Of a DNA stretch of 64,000 nucleotides, positions 27,481 to 36,376 are shown in pieces. Source of the DNA: Telmatospirillum sp. (GTDB taxonomy: Bacteria; Pseudomonadota; Alphaproteobacteria; CACIAM-22H2); assembly GCA_020248985.1 (NCBI GenBank), contig JADCGL010000020.1, positions 132,227-196,226 on the forward strand, written 5' to 3'. The notes under the pieces were generated by a model that saw only the letters and a program-made list of their open reading frames with translations, did no database searches and was not told where the DNA came from. The translations under genes were made by a program, and so were the position numbers. Each line of letters begins with the position of its first letter. Within the stretch, counting starts at the first letter, position 1.

Positions 27481-28917
27481 ATGGCAGCGGCGCCGATACT
27501 CGTTTGGTTTCGTCAGGATCTGCGCCTGACCGACAATCCGGCCCTCGCTGCTGCGGCGGCGACGGGGGCCCCCGTCTTTTGCGTCTATATCCGCGACAGA
27601 GGCGGCGAGAGTGCTTGGGCGCCAGGGGCGGCATCGGATTGGTGGCTGCATCATTCGCTGGCGTCGCTCGGCGCTTCGCTTGCCAAACTGGGCAGCCGCT
27701 TGATCCTGCGCAGTGGTGCGGCCCAGCCCGTGCTCGAAGGGCTCATCGCCGAGACGGGGGCTGAAACCGTCTATTGGAACCGGCGCTACGAGCCCGCCGC
27801 GATCGCGCGCGACAGTGCGATCAAAGCGGCTTTCGAGAAGCGCGGCCTTGCCGCCAAAAGTTTCAATGCGAGTCTGCTCTTCGAGCCTTTGACGATCCGC
27901 AACAAAAGCGGCGGGCCGTATCGCGTATTCACGCAATTCTGGAAAACCTGTATGGCGGGCGAAGCCCCGCCGCTTCCTTTGCCGGCGCCCAAGAAACTCG
28001 CCGCACCGACCGCGTGGCCAGCGTCCGATGCGCTTGAAACCTGGAACCTCACGCCGCGCAAACCCGATTGGGCCGCTGGTTGGCAGGAGCTGTGGCAGCC
28101 CGGCGAAGCGGGTGCCAATGCGCGGCTGGCGCGGTTCCTCAAAGAGGCGGTCGCGGGCTACAAACAAGACCGCAACCGCCCCGATCTCGAAGCCACGTCC
28201 CGCCTGTCCGCCCATCTGCATTTCGGCGAGATCGGGCCGCGCCAATGTTTCCATGCCGCCCAAGCCGCGGCCGGCGGGACGGCGGGGTCGGACACGTTCT
28301 TGTCCGAATTGGGCTGGCGCGAATTCGCGCACCATCTGTTGTTCCAGCATGCCGATCTGCCGGAAGCGCCGTTGCGCGCCGATTTCCGGAGCTTCCCGTG
28401 GGCCGACGATGCGGCGAAGCTCTGCGCCTGGCAGCGCGGCCAAACCGGCTATCCGATCGTCGATGCCGGCATGCGCGAGCTGTGGCAGACCGGCTGGATG
28501 CATAATCGCGTGCGCATGATCGTGGCCTCGTTTCTGGTCAAGCATCTTCTGCTGCCGTGGCAGCAGGGCGAGGCGTGGTTCTGGGACACGCTTGTCGATG
28601 CCGACCTCGCCAACAATGCCGCGAGCTGGCAGTGGGTCGCGGGCTGCGGGGCGGATGCCGCTCCGTATTTCCGCATCTTCAATCCGATCCTGCAGGGTGC
28701 CAAGTTCGACCCCGACGGTGCCTATACGCGCCGCTACGTGCCGGAACTCGCCGAGCTGCCGACCGAATATCTGTTTGCACCCTGGGAAGCGCCCGCTGCG
28801 GTGCTCACAAAAGCGCGTCTGCGTTTGGGCACCGACTATCCGTTGCCGATCGTGGACCACGCAAAAGCGCGCGCGCGCGCCCTTGCAGCTTTCCAGACGC
28901 TGAAGAATGCGGCCTAG
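27481..28917 (+). CDS. phr: deoxyribodipyrimidine photo-lyase (CPD photolyase, cryptochrome/photolyase family)
   Basis: MAAAPILVWFRQDLRLTDNPAL; the FAD-binding C-terminal domain with WREFAHHLLF, TGYPIVDAGMRELWQTGWMHNRVRMIVASFLVKHL and W-W-AGCGADAAPYFRIFNP. Confidence 0.92.
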   Translation: MAAAPILVWFRQDLRLTDNPALAAAAATGAPVFCVYIRDRGGESAWAPGAASDWWLHHSLASLGASLAKLGSRLILRSGAAQPVLEGLIAETGAETVYWNRRYEPAAIARDSAIKAAFEKRGLAAKSFNASLLFEPLTIRNKSGGPYRVFTQFWKTCMAGEAPPLPLPAPKKLAAPTAWPASDALETWNLTPRKPDWAAGWQELWQPGEAGANARLARFLKEAVAGYKQDRNRPDLEATSRLSAHLHFGEIGPRQCFHAAQAAAGGTAGSDTFLSELGWREFAHHLLFQHADLPEAPLRADFRSFPWADDAAKLCAWQRGQTGYPIVDAGMRELWQTGWMHNRVRMIVASFLVKHLLLPWQQGEAWFWDTLVDADLANNAASWQWVAGCGADAAPYFRIFNPILQGAKFDPDGAYTRRYVPELAELPTEYLFAPWEAPAAVLTKARLRLGTDYPLPIVDHAKARARALAAFQTLKNAA

Positions 28918-28918
28918 C

Positions 28919-30238
28919 ATGGAACGTTTGAATATTGCCGTCGTCGGCTCCGGCATTTCGGGTTTGAGTGCGGCTTGGCTGCTGGCCAAGCGCCACCGCG
29001 TGACCTTGTTCGAAAAGCAGGACCGGCTCGGCGGCCACACCAACACGGTGCACACAAAAGCGCGCGCCGAGGATGGTTCGCTGCGCGACGTCGCGGTCGA
29101 TACGGGCTTCATCGTCTACAACGATGCGACGTATCCAGACCTCATCGCGCTGTTTGCGCATCTGGGCGTGGCCGCGCGCCAGTCGGACATGTCGTTTGCG
29201 GCTTCGATCGACCGCGGCCGCATCGAATATTCAGGCGGCACGCTTGCCGGCCTGTTTGCGCAGAAGCGCAACATCCTGCGCCTCGACCATTGGCGCATGC
29301 TGCGCGACTGCATGCGCTTCTTCCGCGAGGCGACGGCGTTGTGCGCGGCCGAAACCGACGATCCGCGCGATCTCGGCACCTTCTTGGCGCAAGGCGGCTA
29401 CAGCCGCGCTTTCGTCGAAAACCATCTGCTGCCGATGGCGGCGGCGATCTGGTCGTGCCCGGCCAAAACCATGATGGCGTTTCCGGTCGTGAGCCTTGCG
29501 CGCTTCTTCCGCAACCACGGGCTTCTGCAGATTTTCGACCGCCCGGCCTGGCGCACAGTGCAAGGCGGCAGCCGCACCTATATCGGCAAATTGCTCGAGG
29601 ATGCCGGCAGCGCTTTGACGCTTGCGCCCGGCGCGGTTGCCATTGAAGCGGGCGCCGACGGCGCGCAGCTGCGCGATGCGACGGGGCAGACCCATCGCTT
29701 CGACCGCGTGGTCTGTGCCGCCCATGCCGACGAGACGCTGGCGCTGCTCGTCGATGCGACACCGCTCGAAAAAGAGATTCTCGGCCGTTTCCGCTTCCAG
29801 TCCAACCGCGCGATTCTGCACCAGGACGATTCGCTGATGCCCAAGCGCAAAGCGGCCTGGTCGAGCTGGAACTATCTCGCCGAACGGCGCGGCCACGGGC
29901 TCGACGGCGAAATGGCCGTATCGGTCACCTACTGGATGAACCTCTTGCAGGGGCTCGACCCGGCCGTGCCGCTGTTCGTGTCGCTCAATCCGCTGGCCCC
30001 GCCCGCGATGGCCAAGACGCTCGCGACCTTCGACTACATGCACCCCGTCTTCGACGAAGGGGCGATGGCCGGCCAGAAGCGCTTGGGCGAAATACAGGGC
30101 AAGCGCGGGCTTTATTTCTGCGGGGCGTGGACCGGCTACGGCTTCCACGAAGACGGCTTGCGTTCGGGCCTCGATATTGCAGAATTGCTCGGCGTGAAGC
30201 GGCCCTGGGCGCAAGCCCAGGCAAACGCCGCCGACTGA
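28919..30238 (+). CDS. NAD(P)/FAD-dependent oxidoreductase (amine-oxidase-like) of the CFA cluster
   Basis: MERLNIAVVGSGISGLSAAWLLAK dinucleotide-binding fold. The start is 2 nt after the phr stop. Confidence 0.82.
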   Translation: MERLNIAVVGSGISGLSAAWLLAKRHRVTLFEKQDRLGGHTNTVHTKARAEDGSLRDVAVDTGFIVYNDATYPDLIALFAHLGVAARQSDMSFAASIDRGRIEYSGGTLAGLFAQKRNILRLDHWRMLRDCMRFFREATALCAAETDDPRDLGTFLAQGGYSRAFVENHLLPMAAAIWSCPAKTMMAFPVVSLARFFRNHGLLQIFDRPAWRTVQGGSRTYIGKLLEDAGSALTLAPGAVAIEAGADGAQLRDATGQTHRFDRVVCAAHADETLALLVDATPLEKEILGRFRFQSNRAILHQDDSLMPKRKAAWSSWNYLAERRGHGLDGEMAVSVTYWMNLLQGLDPAVPLFVSLNPLAPPAMAKTLATFDYMHPVFDEGAMAGQKRLGEIQGKRGLYFCGAWTGYGFHEDGLRSGLDIAELLGVKRPWAQAQANAAD

Positions 30239-30253
30239 AAGAGCCCCGGGGAA

Positions 30254-31042
30254 ATGCCAGAAAACTGCCTCTATTTCGGCAATGTGTTGCATGCGCGGCT
30301 GCGGCCGTTCCGGCATCGTTTTGCCTACGGCGTTTTCTCGATGCTCGTCGATCTCGACGCGGTGCCGGACCTCGCGCGTGGCTCGCGCCTGTTCGCCTAC
30401 AACCGGCCCGGCCTGTTCGCCTTCTACGATGCCGACCATGGCGCGCGCGACGGCAGCACGGTGCGCGAATGGGTGCAGGTGAATTTGGATAAGGCCGGGC
30501 TCGCGGCGGCCGGTGCCAAAATCTACGCGCTGTGTTTCCCGCGCGTGCTGGGCTACGTGTTCAATCCGCTCACGGTCTATTTCTGCTACGCCGCCGACGG
30601 TCGCCTTTCCGCGATGCTGTACGAGGTCAAAAACACGTTCGGCGACCAGCACGGCTATCTCATTCCGGTCGCCGCCGACCGCGCACCGAGCGCACCCGTC
30701 GTGCAGCAGGCGGCCAAACATTTCCACGTGTCGCCCTTCATCGACATGGCGCAGCTCTACCGTTTCCGCGTCGCCGAGCCTGAGGAAAAGCTCACGCTGC
30801 TGATCCGCGAAGACGCCGCCGACGGCGAATTGCTGGTCGCAAGCCAGACCGGCCGGCGCGTTGCCTGGAACGACCGCAATCTCTTTCGCGCCTTCGTGCG
30901 CTATCCGCTGCTGACGTTCAAAGTGATCGGCGCTATCCATTGGGAAGCGCTGCGCCTTTGGCTGAAAGGTGCCCGCTACCATGCAAGACCAGTCGCTCCC
31001 GCAATCCCTGTCGAAATCGTCGTTCGCCATGCTGAAATCTGA
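30254..31042 (+). CDS. DUF1365 domain protein
   Basis: HARLRPFRHRFAYGVFSMLVDLD...CFPRVLGYVFNPLTVYFCY is the typical DUF1365 core, and the gene sits in its usual CFA-cluster position. Confidence 0.8.
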   Translation: MPENCLYFGNVLHARLRPFRHRFAYGVFSMLVDLDAVPDLARGSRLFAYNRPGLFAFYDADHGARDGSTVREWVQVNLDKAGLAAAGAKIYALCFPRVLGYVFNPLTVYFCYAADGRLSAMLYEVKNTFGDQHGYLIPVAADRAPSAPVVQQAAKHFHVSPFIDMAQLYRFRVAEPEEKLTLLIREDAADGELLVASQTGRRVAWNDRNLFRAFVRYPLLTFKVIGAIHWEALRLWLKGARYHARPVAPAIPVEIVVRHAEI

Positions 31043-32234
31043 AATTCCGGGCCTTGCCTTGCGCACCCTGCTCGCCGCGGGCGAGCATATCGAGATCGGC
31101 TGCCTGACCGTGACCTTGCCCGACGGTTCGCAGCGCGTGTTTCGCGGACCCAAACCCGGCCCGCAGGCGGAGCTCGCGATTCGCACGAACCGGGCCGCGC
31201 GCCAGATCCTGTTCGGCGGCAATGTCGGTTTTGCCGAAGCCTATATGGACCACGGCATCGACTCGCCCGACATGGCGGCGATGCTCGAACTTGCCGTGCT
31301 CAACGAAACCGCGATCGATCCGATCCATTACGGCACGGCGAGCCGCATTGGGCCCATCGTCGGTTATGTGCGTCGCCTGTGGCATGCGCTGCGCGCCAAC
31401 ACGCGCGCGGGCTCGCAGCGCAACATCGCCTACCATTACGATCTCGGAAACGCGTTCTACGAACGTTGGCTCGATCCGTCGATGGCCTATTCCTCGGCCG
31501 TCTATCCGACCGGCGTGGCCGATCTCGAAGCGGCCCAACAAGCCAAGTTCAAGCAGATGGCGACGATGATGGCCGTCGCACCCGGCCAGAAAGTGCTCGA
31601 AATCGGCTGCGGCTGGGGCTCTTTCGCGGCCTTCCTTGCCAAAGAATACCAAGCCAAAGTGACCGCGATCACGGTGAGCCGCGAGCAGCTCGCCCACACG
31701 CAAGCCAAGGTCCAGGCCGAAGGGCTCGGCGATCTCGTCGAAACGCGCTTCGTCGATTATCGCGACGTCGAAGGGCGCTATGACCGCATTGCGTCCATCG
31801 AAATGTTCGAGGCGGTCGGCGAAAAATACTGGCCCGCTTATTTCGGCAAGCTGCACGATTGCCTGCAGCCCGGCGGACGTGCCGCTCTGCAGATCATCAC
31901 CATCGCCGACCAATGTTTCGAGCGCTACCGCAACGGCGTGGATTTCATCCAGCGCTACATTTTCCCGGGCGGCATGCTGCCTTCGCCCACCGCCCTCAAG
32001 CGCGAATACGAAGCGGCCGGCCTGCGTCTCGAGAAGCAGAGCAATTTCGGCGAAGACTATGCGCGCACGCTCGCCGAATGGAATCGCCGCTTCCAGGCCG
32101 CGTGGCCCGAGATCGAGCCGCTCGGCTTCGACGGGCGCTTCAAGCGCATGTGGGAGTTCTATCTCGCCTATTGCGAAGCAGGCTTCCGCGGACGCTCGCT
32201 CGACGTCACACAGGTTGCCCTTGTCCGCGCGTGA
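30981..32234 (+). CDS. cfa: cyclopropane-fatty-acyl-phospholipid synthase
   Basis: SAM-binding VLEIGCGWGSFAAFLAKEY, YDRIASIEMFEAVGEKYW and YIFPGGMLPS. Start is ATG 30981, with GTG 30969 or ATG 31029 as alternatives. It overlaps the DUF1365 gene end. Confidence 0.88.
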   Translation: MQDQSLPQSLSKSSFAMLKSEIPGLALRTLLAAGEHIEIGCLTVTLPDGSQRVFRGPKPGPQAELAIRTNRAARQILFGGNVGFAEAYMDHGIDSPDMAAMLELAVLNETAIDPIHYGTASRIGPIVGYVRRLWHALRANTRAGSQRNIAYHYDLGNAFYERWLDPSMAYSSAVYPTGVADLEAAQQAKFKQMATMMAVAPGQKVLEIGCGWGSFAAFLAKEYQAKVTAITVSREQLAHTQAKVQAEGLGDLVETRFVDYRDVEGRYDRIASIEMFEAVGEKYWPAYFGKLHDCLQPGGRAALQIITIADQCFERYRNGVDFIQRYIFPGGMLPSPTALKREYEAAGLRLEKQSNFGEDYARTLAEWNRRFQAAWPEIEPLGFDGRFKRMWEFYLAYCEAGFRGRSLDVTQVALVRA

Positions 32235-33576
32235 CGAAAAGAAACTGCCCGCGTCCCTGCTCGCCGCCTACGCGTTGCCGGCTTTGCCTGCCGCAATGCT
32301 GGGTCTGCCGCTGCTGATCTTTCTGCCCGCCTACTATGTCGAAACCACGGCGCTGAGCCTGACCGCGATCGGCAGCGTACTGCTTGTCGCCCGCCTGTGG
32401 GACGTGGCGGTCGATCCGGCCATCGGCGCTTTGTCCGACCGCACGCACACGCCGCTCGGCCGGCGCAAGCCCTGGATCCTCGCTGCGTTGCCCTTCGTGC
32501 TGCTCGGCAGCTATATGCTGTTCGATCCGCCGACGGATGCGAGTGCGGGCTATTTGTTGCTGTGGTTGCTCGTCGTCTATCTCGGCTGGTCGATGGTGCA
32601 GATCCCGCACCAGGCCTGGGGGGCCGAGCTATCGAGCGACTATGCCGAACGCAGCCGCATTGCTGCCTGGCGCGAGAGCCTCACCGTCGTCGGCGTTGCG
32701 ATCGCGGCGTCGCTGCCGACCGTGGCAGTGCAGACCGGCCTCCTGCATCCCGGCGATTCGCCCGAAGGATTTGCGCTGCACGTGCTCGTCGTGGCCTGTG
32801 CGATTTTGCTGCCGATCGCGGCGTTTGTGCTTGTGCGCTTTGTGCCCGAGCCCAAAGCCGTTGAAGCCGCCAGCGGCTTTGATTTGCGCGCAGGCTGGCA
32901 CTTGCTGCGGGACAACCGGCCGTTCCGCCGCCTCGTGGTCGCCTATCTCGTCAACGGCGTTGCCAATGCACTGCCGGCCACGTTGTTTTTGCTCTATGCG
33001 GGCAGCGTGCTGGGGGCGGGCGACCAATCGGGCGCATTCCTGCTCGTTTATTTCCTGAGCGGCATTGCAGCCGTACCCTTGTGGCTGCGCGCATCGAAGC
33101 TCTGGAGCAAACACCGCGCCTGGAGTGCCTCGATGGTTGCAGCGTGCGGTGCCTTTGCCATCGTGCCGTTTCTGGGCAATGGCGATACGGCGGCGTTCCT
33201 TGCGATTTGCCTACTCACCGGCCTGTGCTTCGGCGCGGACCTCGCATTGCCCGCCTCGATGCAGGCCGACGTCGTCGATGTCGACACGGCCGGCGGCGGG
33301 GGCCAGCGCACCGGGCTCTATTTTGCTATCTGGTCGGTCGCGACCAAGCTTGCATTGGCGCTGGCACCGGCCTTGGCGTTTCCGGCCCTCGATGCGGCGG
33401 GATTCGTCGCGAACGATCTGGCCAGCCCTGGCCATGCTATGCTGGCATTTCTCTATGCGGGCGTGCCGGTGGTTTTCAAACTCGGGGCCGCCTATCTCAT
33501 TTGGAATTTCCCGCTCGACGCCGCTGCGCAAACGCAGCTGCGTGCGCGCATTGCCGAAAGGGTCGGTGCCCGATGA
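32221..33576 (+). CDS. MFS transporter (GPH/sugar-cation symporter-like) of the CFA cluster
   Basis: N-terminal region aligns to the MelB-like LPASLLAAYALP...VARLWDVAVDPAIGALSDRTHTPLGRRKPW. Start is assigned to TTG 32221, overlapping the cfa 3' end, and is uncertain. Confidence 0.78.
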   Translation: MSARDEKKLPASLLAAYALPALPAAMLGLPLLIFLPAYYVETTALSLTAIGSVLLVARLWDVAVDPAIGALSDRTHTPLGRRKPWILAALPFVLLGSYMLFDPPTDASAGYLLLWLLVVYLGWSMVQIPHQAWGAELSSDYAERSRIAAWRESLTVVGVAIAASLPTVAVQTGLLHPGDSPEGFALHVLVVACAILLPIAAFVLVRFVPEPKAVEAASGFDLRAGWHLLRDNRPFRRLVVAYLVNGVANALPATLFLLYAGSVLGAGDQSGAFLLVYFLSGIAAVPLWLRASKLWSKHRAWSASMVAACGAFAIVPFLGNGDTAAFLAICLLTGLCFGADLALPASMQADVVDVDTAGGGGQRTGLYFAIWSVATKLALALAPALAFPALDAAGFVANDLASPGHAMLAFLYAGVPVVFKLGAAYLIWNFPLDAAAQTQLRARIAERVGAR

Positions 33577-34103
33577 TCCGCCGTTTTCTCGTATTGCTGG
33601 CGACGACGCTGGCGTTGATGGGGTGCAGTGGCATGAAGATCGAAGATTTCGCGGGCAAGACGCCCGTCTTGAAGATCGACGAGTATTTCCTCGGCCGCAC
33701 GCGCGCCTGGGGCATTTTCGAGGACCGCTTCGCCAATCTGCGCCGCGAATTCACGGTCGACATCGAAGGCAAGTGGGAGGGCGACGAGTTCGTCCTCGAC
33801 GAGCATTTCGACTATGCCGACGGCGAGAAGGATCGCCGCGTATGGCGCTTGCGCCGCGTCGGCACCGACCGTTGGGAAGGGCGCACCGAAGACGCGATCG
33901 GCGTGGCCTTGGGCCACCAAGTCGGCAACGCCTTCAGCTTCAAATACAACATCAATCTCAAGATGGGCGAACGGCGCTTGGCCGTGCATTTCGACGATTG
34001 GATGTATTTGCAGCCGGACGGCCTGTTGCTCAACCGCGCCTACGTGACCAAATGGGGTTTCGATATCGGCTCGGTCACGCTCGCCTTTAAGCGGGTACCT
34101 TGA
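33573..34103 (+). CDS. DUF3833 family lipoprotein
   Basis: MIRRFLVLLATTLALMGCSG lipobox. The ATGA overlap with the MFS gene stop is the usual CFA-cluster position. Confidence 0.65.
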   Translation: MIRRFLVLLATTLALMGCSGMKIEDFAGKTPVLKIDEYFLGRTRAWGIFEDRFANLRREFTVDIEGKWEGDEFVLDEHFDYADGEKDRRVWRLRRVGTDRWEGRTEDAIGVALGHQVGNAFSFKYNINLKMGERRLAVHFDDWMYLQPDGLLLNRAYVTKWGFDIGSVTLAFKRVP

Positions 34104-34494
34104 GGCGGCGGCGCACGAGGCCGACGAGCCAGCCGATCACCGGCAATTTGGCATAGACCTCGGTGCTCGCATCCCAATGGTCGATGTGGGCGCAAATGCG
34201 CCCGTCGGGCGCGAAGCGGACTTCGCTCATTCCGTCGAACTCAAACCCGTTGCCCTGGTCGTAGCGCCAGAGGAGATACGCGCCTTGGGCCCCGCGCGCT
34301 TTGTCGCGCACCGTGAAGCGCGGCGTGCCGTGGTCGAACGCCATGGCAAGGGCCGCGCGCATTTTGTCGACACCGGTCACGTCGTTGAACGGATCTTTGA
34401 AGCGCACGTCCGGTGTGACGAGCGCGTCGAGTGCGCCCAGATTGTCGCGCCGGATATTCTCGAAAAACGCGACATAGGCGTCGAGCTTGTCCAT
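34087..34494 (-). CDS. nuclear transport factor 2 (SnoaL-like) family protein
   Basis: 135 aa: MDKLDAYVAFFENIRRDNLGALDALVTPDVRFKDPFNDVTG...AHIDHWD. The start overlaps the SDR gene stop (TGATG). Confidence 0.55.
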   Translation of the reverse strand: MDKLDAYVAFFENIRRDNLGALDALVTPDVRFKDPFNDVTGVDKMRAALAMAFDHGTPRFTVRDKARGAQGAYLLWRYDQGNGFEFDGMSEVRFAPDGRICAHIDHWDASTEVYAKLPVIGWLVGLVRRRLKVPA

Positions 34495-35240
34495 CAAACC
34501 CCCGTCATGCGCCGCACGAGTTTGAAATAGAGCCCGTAGGGCAGCATGCGCAGAAACTTGAGCAGGATCGCAAAGCGGCGCGGGAACACGATTTCGAAGC
34601 TGTTGCCGGCAAGGCCTGCGACGAACGCGTCGATCGCGTCGTCGAGTTCCATCAGGAACGGCATCGGAAAATCGTTTTTGTCGGTGAGCGGCGTGCGCAC
34701 AAAACCCGGATCGACGAGCTGCAGCTTGATGCCGAGCGCGTCGCATTCGAGCTTCAGCCCTTCGCACATATTGATGAGGGCGGCTTTGGTGGCCCCGTAG
34801 GCCGACGCAGTCGGCAGGCCCGAATAGCCGGCGACGGACGCGACGACCGCAATATGTCCGCTTTTGCGCGCCCGCATGGCGGCGAGCGTGGGGGCGAGCA
34901 CATTGACCGTGCCCATCAGATTGATCTCGACGAGCTGGCGGAACGGGGCCACGGCAAAATCCGCCGCTCCCATCGGCAGATGCGTGCCCGCGTTGAACAC
35001 GGCAAGGGCGAGCGGCCCGATCTCGGCCTCGATCCAGGCGACGGCGTTTTCGCACGCGTCCTTGTCGGTCGCGTCGAGGGCGAGCGGCACGAGGTTTTTG
35101 CCGCCCTCGGCCGCCAACGCGTCGAGGGCGGCTTGATTGCGCGCCGAGGCCACGACCGTGCGGCCTTCGCGTGCGAGGCGCAAAGCAAGGGCGCGGCCAA
35201 TGCCCGACGACGCCCCGGTGATCCAGACGATTTCGCTCAT
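34494..35240 (-). CDS. SDR family oxidoreductase
   Basis: TGASSGIGRALALRL Rossmann motif and catalytic YGATKAAL. Confidence 0.85.
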   Translation of the reverse strand: MSEIVWITGASSGIGRALALRLAREGRTVVASARNQAALDALAAEGGKNLVPLALDATDKDACENAVAWIEAEIGPLALAVFNAGTHLPMGAADFAVAPFRQLVEINLMGTVNVLAPTLAAMRARKSGHIAVVASVAGYSGLPTASAYGATKAALINMCEGLKLECDALGIKLQLVDPGFVRTPLTDKNDFPMPFLMELDDAIDAFVAGLAGNSFEIVFPRRFAILLKFLRMLPYGLYFKLVRRMTGV

Positions 35241-35241
35241 G

Positions 35242-35979
35242 TCAGGCTTTTACGCGCAAACTGCCGCGACCGCCATCCACGCCGACGATTTGGCCCGTGA
35301 TCCAGCCCGCTTTGGGCCCGAGCAAGAAGGCGCCGAGGGCGGCCGCATCGTCGGGTGCGCCGATGCGACCCAGCGGGTGCATCGCATCCATGGCTTTTTC
35401 GAGCGACGGGTTCGACAGAAACGCCGCCGCCATCTTGCTGCGTGTGAGGCTGGGCGCGATGCAATTGACGCGCACGTTGGGCGCAAGCTCGGCCGCCAGC
35501 GACAGCGACAGCGCTTCGACCGCCCCCTTGGCCGAGGCGATCACGCTGTGCTGCGGAAAGCCTTGGCCCGCCGCCACGCTCGAAAACAGCAATACCGCCC
35601 CCTTGGCCTGCGCCAACGCCGCCTGTGCCGCTTTGATCGCAAGCGCTGCCCCAATCACGTTGAGGCGATAGGCGTCGGCAAAATCGGCGGCCGTTGCGCG
35701 CGCCAGCGGCTTCAGCACGATCGAGCCCACGCACCAGGCAAGCCCGGCGATCCCGGCACCCTCAGCCGATGCCGCCGTAACGGTCGCGGCAATGCTCGCA
35801 TCGTCGAGCGCGTCGAACGGGCTCGTCGTTGCGCTCAGTTCCTGGCCGAGGGCGGCAAGGGCCGGGGCGTCGCGCGCGGCCAGATGCAGGCGATGACCGT
35901 CGGCGGCGAGACTGCGCGATAGTGCTTGGCCAATGGCACCCGTGGCGCCGAAAACGAGAAAGGGGGCTTGGTTTGTCAT
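35242..35979 (-). CDS. SDR family oxidoreductase (second copy)
   Basis: FGATGAIGQAL Gly-rich motif, SVAAGQGFPQHSVIASAKGAVE. Its stop is 1 nt after the neighbouring SDR gene start. Confidence 0.8.
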   Translation of the reverse strand: MTNQAPFLVFGATGAIGQALSRSLAADGHRLHLAARDAPALAALGQELSATTSPFDALDDASIAATVTAASAEGAGIAGLAWCVGSIVLKPLARATAADFADAYRLNVIGAALAIKAAQAALAQAKGAVLLFSSVAAGQGFPQHSVIASAKGAVEALSLSLAAELAPNVRVNCIAPSLTRSKMAAAFLSNPSLEKAMDAMHPLGRIGAPDDAAALGAFLLGPKAGWITGQIVGVDGGRGSLRVKA

Positions 35980-36037
35980 GCCAAAGACATGGCGTGGCGG
36001 GCTGGAAAAACCATGGGTTTGGCGCTATGTTTGGGCC

Positions 36038-36358
36038 ATGGAAAAGACACGACGCGCTTTTTTGACCTGTGCGGCTGTCGCGGCGACCGCTGGCTTGGTT
36101 GCCCCGCGCCAGGCCTTGGCCTTGCGCGTCGAAGATCTCGACGTGCCGCGCCAGCGCCTGATCCTCGATGCGTGCGAAACGCGCAATGCTCATAGCCGCG
36201 TGCTGGCCGAATTGATGGCCGAGCTCGAAGGGCGGGGTGTGGACGAAGCGCAGGCGCGCGAAACCGCCCAGCAGATGAATTGTCCGTTCTGCGGCTGTGG
36301 GCTTGCGGCAGCGGCCGCCGGCGAATTGCCGGACGCGCAGACGCCCCCGCGCTTCTAA
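36038..36358 (+). CDS. small Tat-signal protein with CPFCGCG motif (106 aa)
   Basis: Internal ATG 36038 gives MEKTRRAFLTCAAVAATAGLVAPRQALA, a twin-arginine signal. The mature about 78-aa product has Cys at LDACETR and MNCPFCGCG. Confidence 0.55.
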   Translation: MEKTRRAFLTCAAVAATAGLVAPRQALALRVEDLDVPRQRLILDACETRNAHSRVLAELMAELEGRGVDEAQARETAQQMNCPFCGCGLAAAAAGELPDAQTPPRF

Positions 36359-36376
36359 TCCCGTCGTTTTTTTGGT

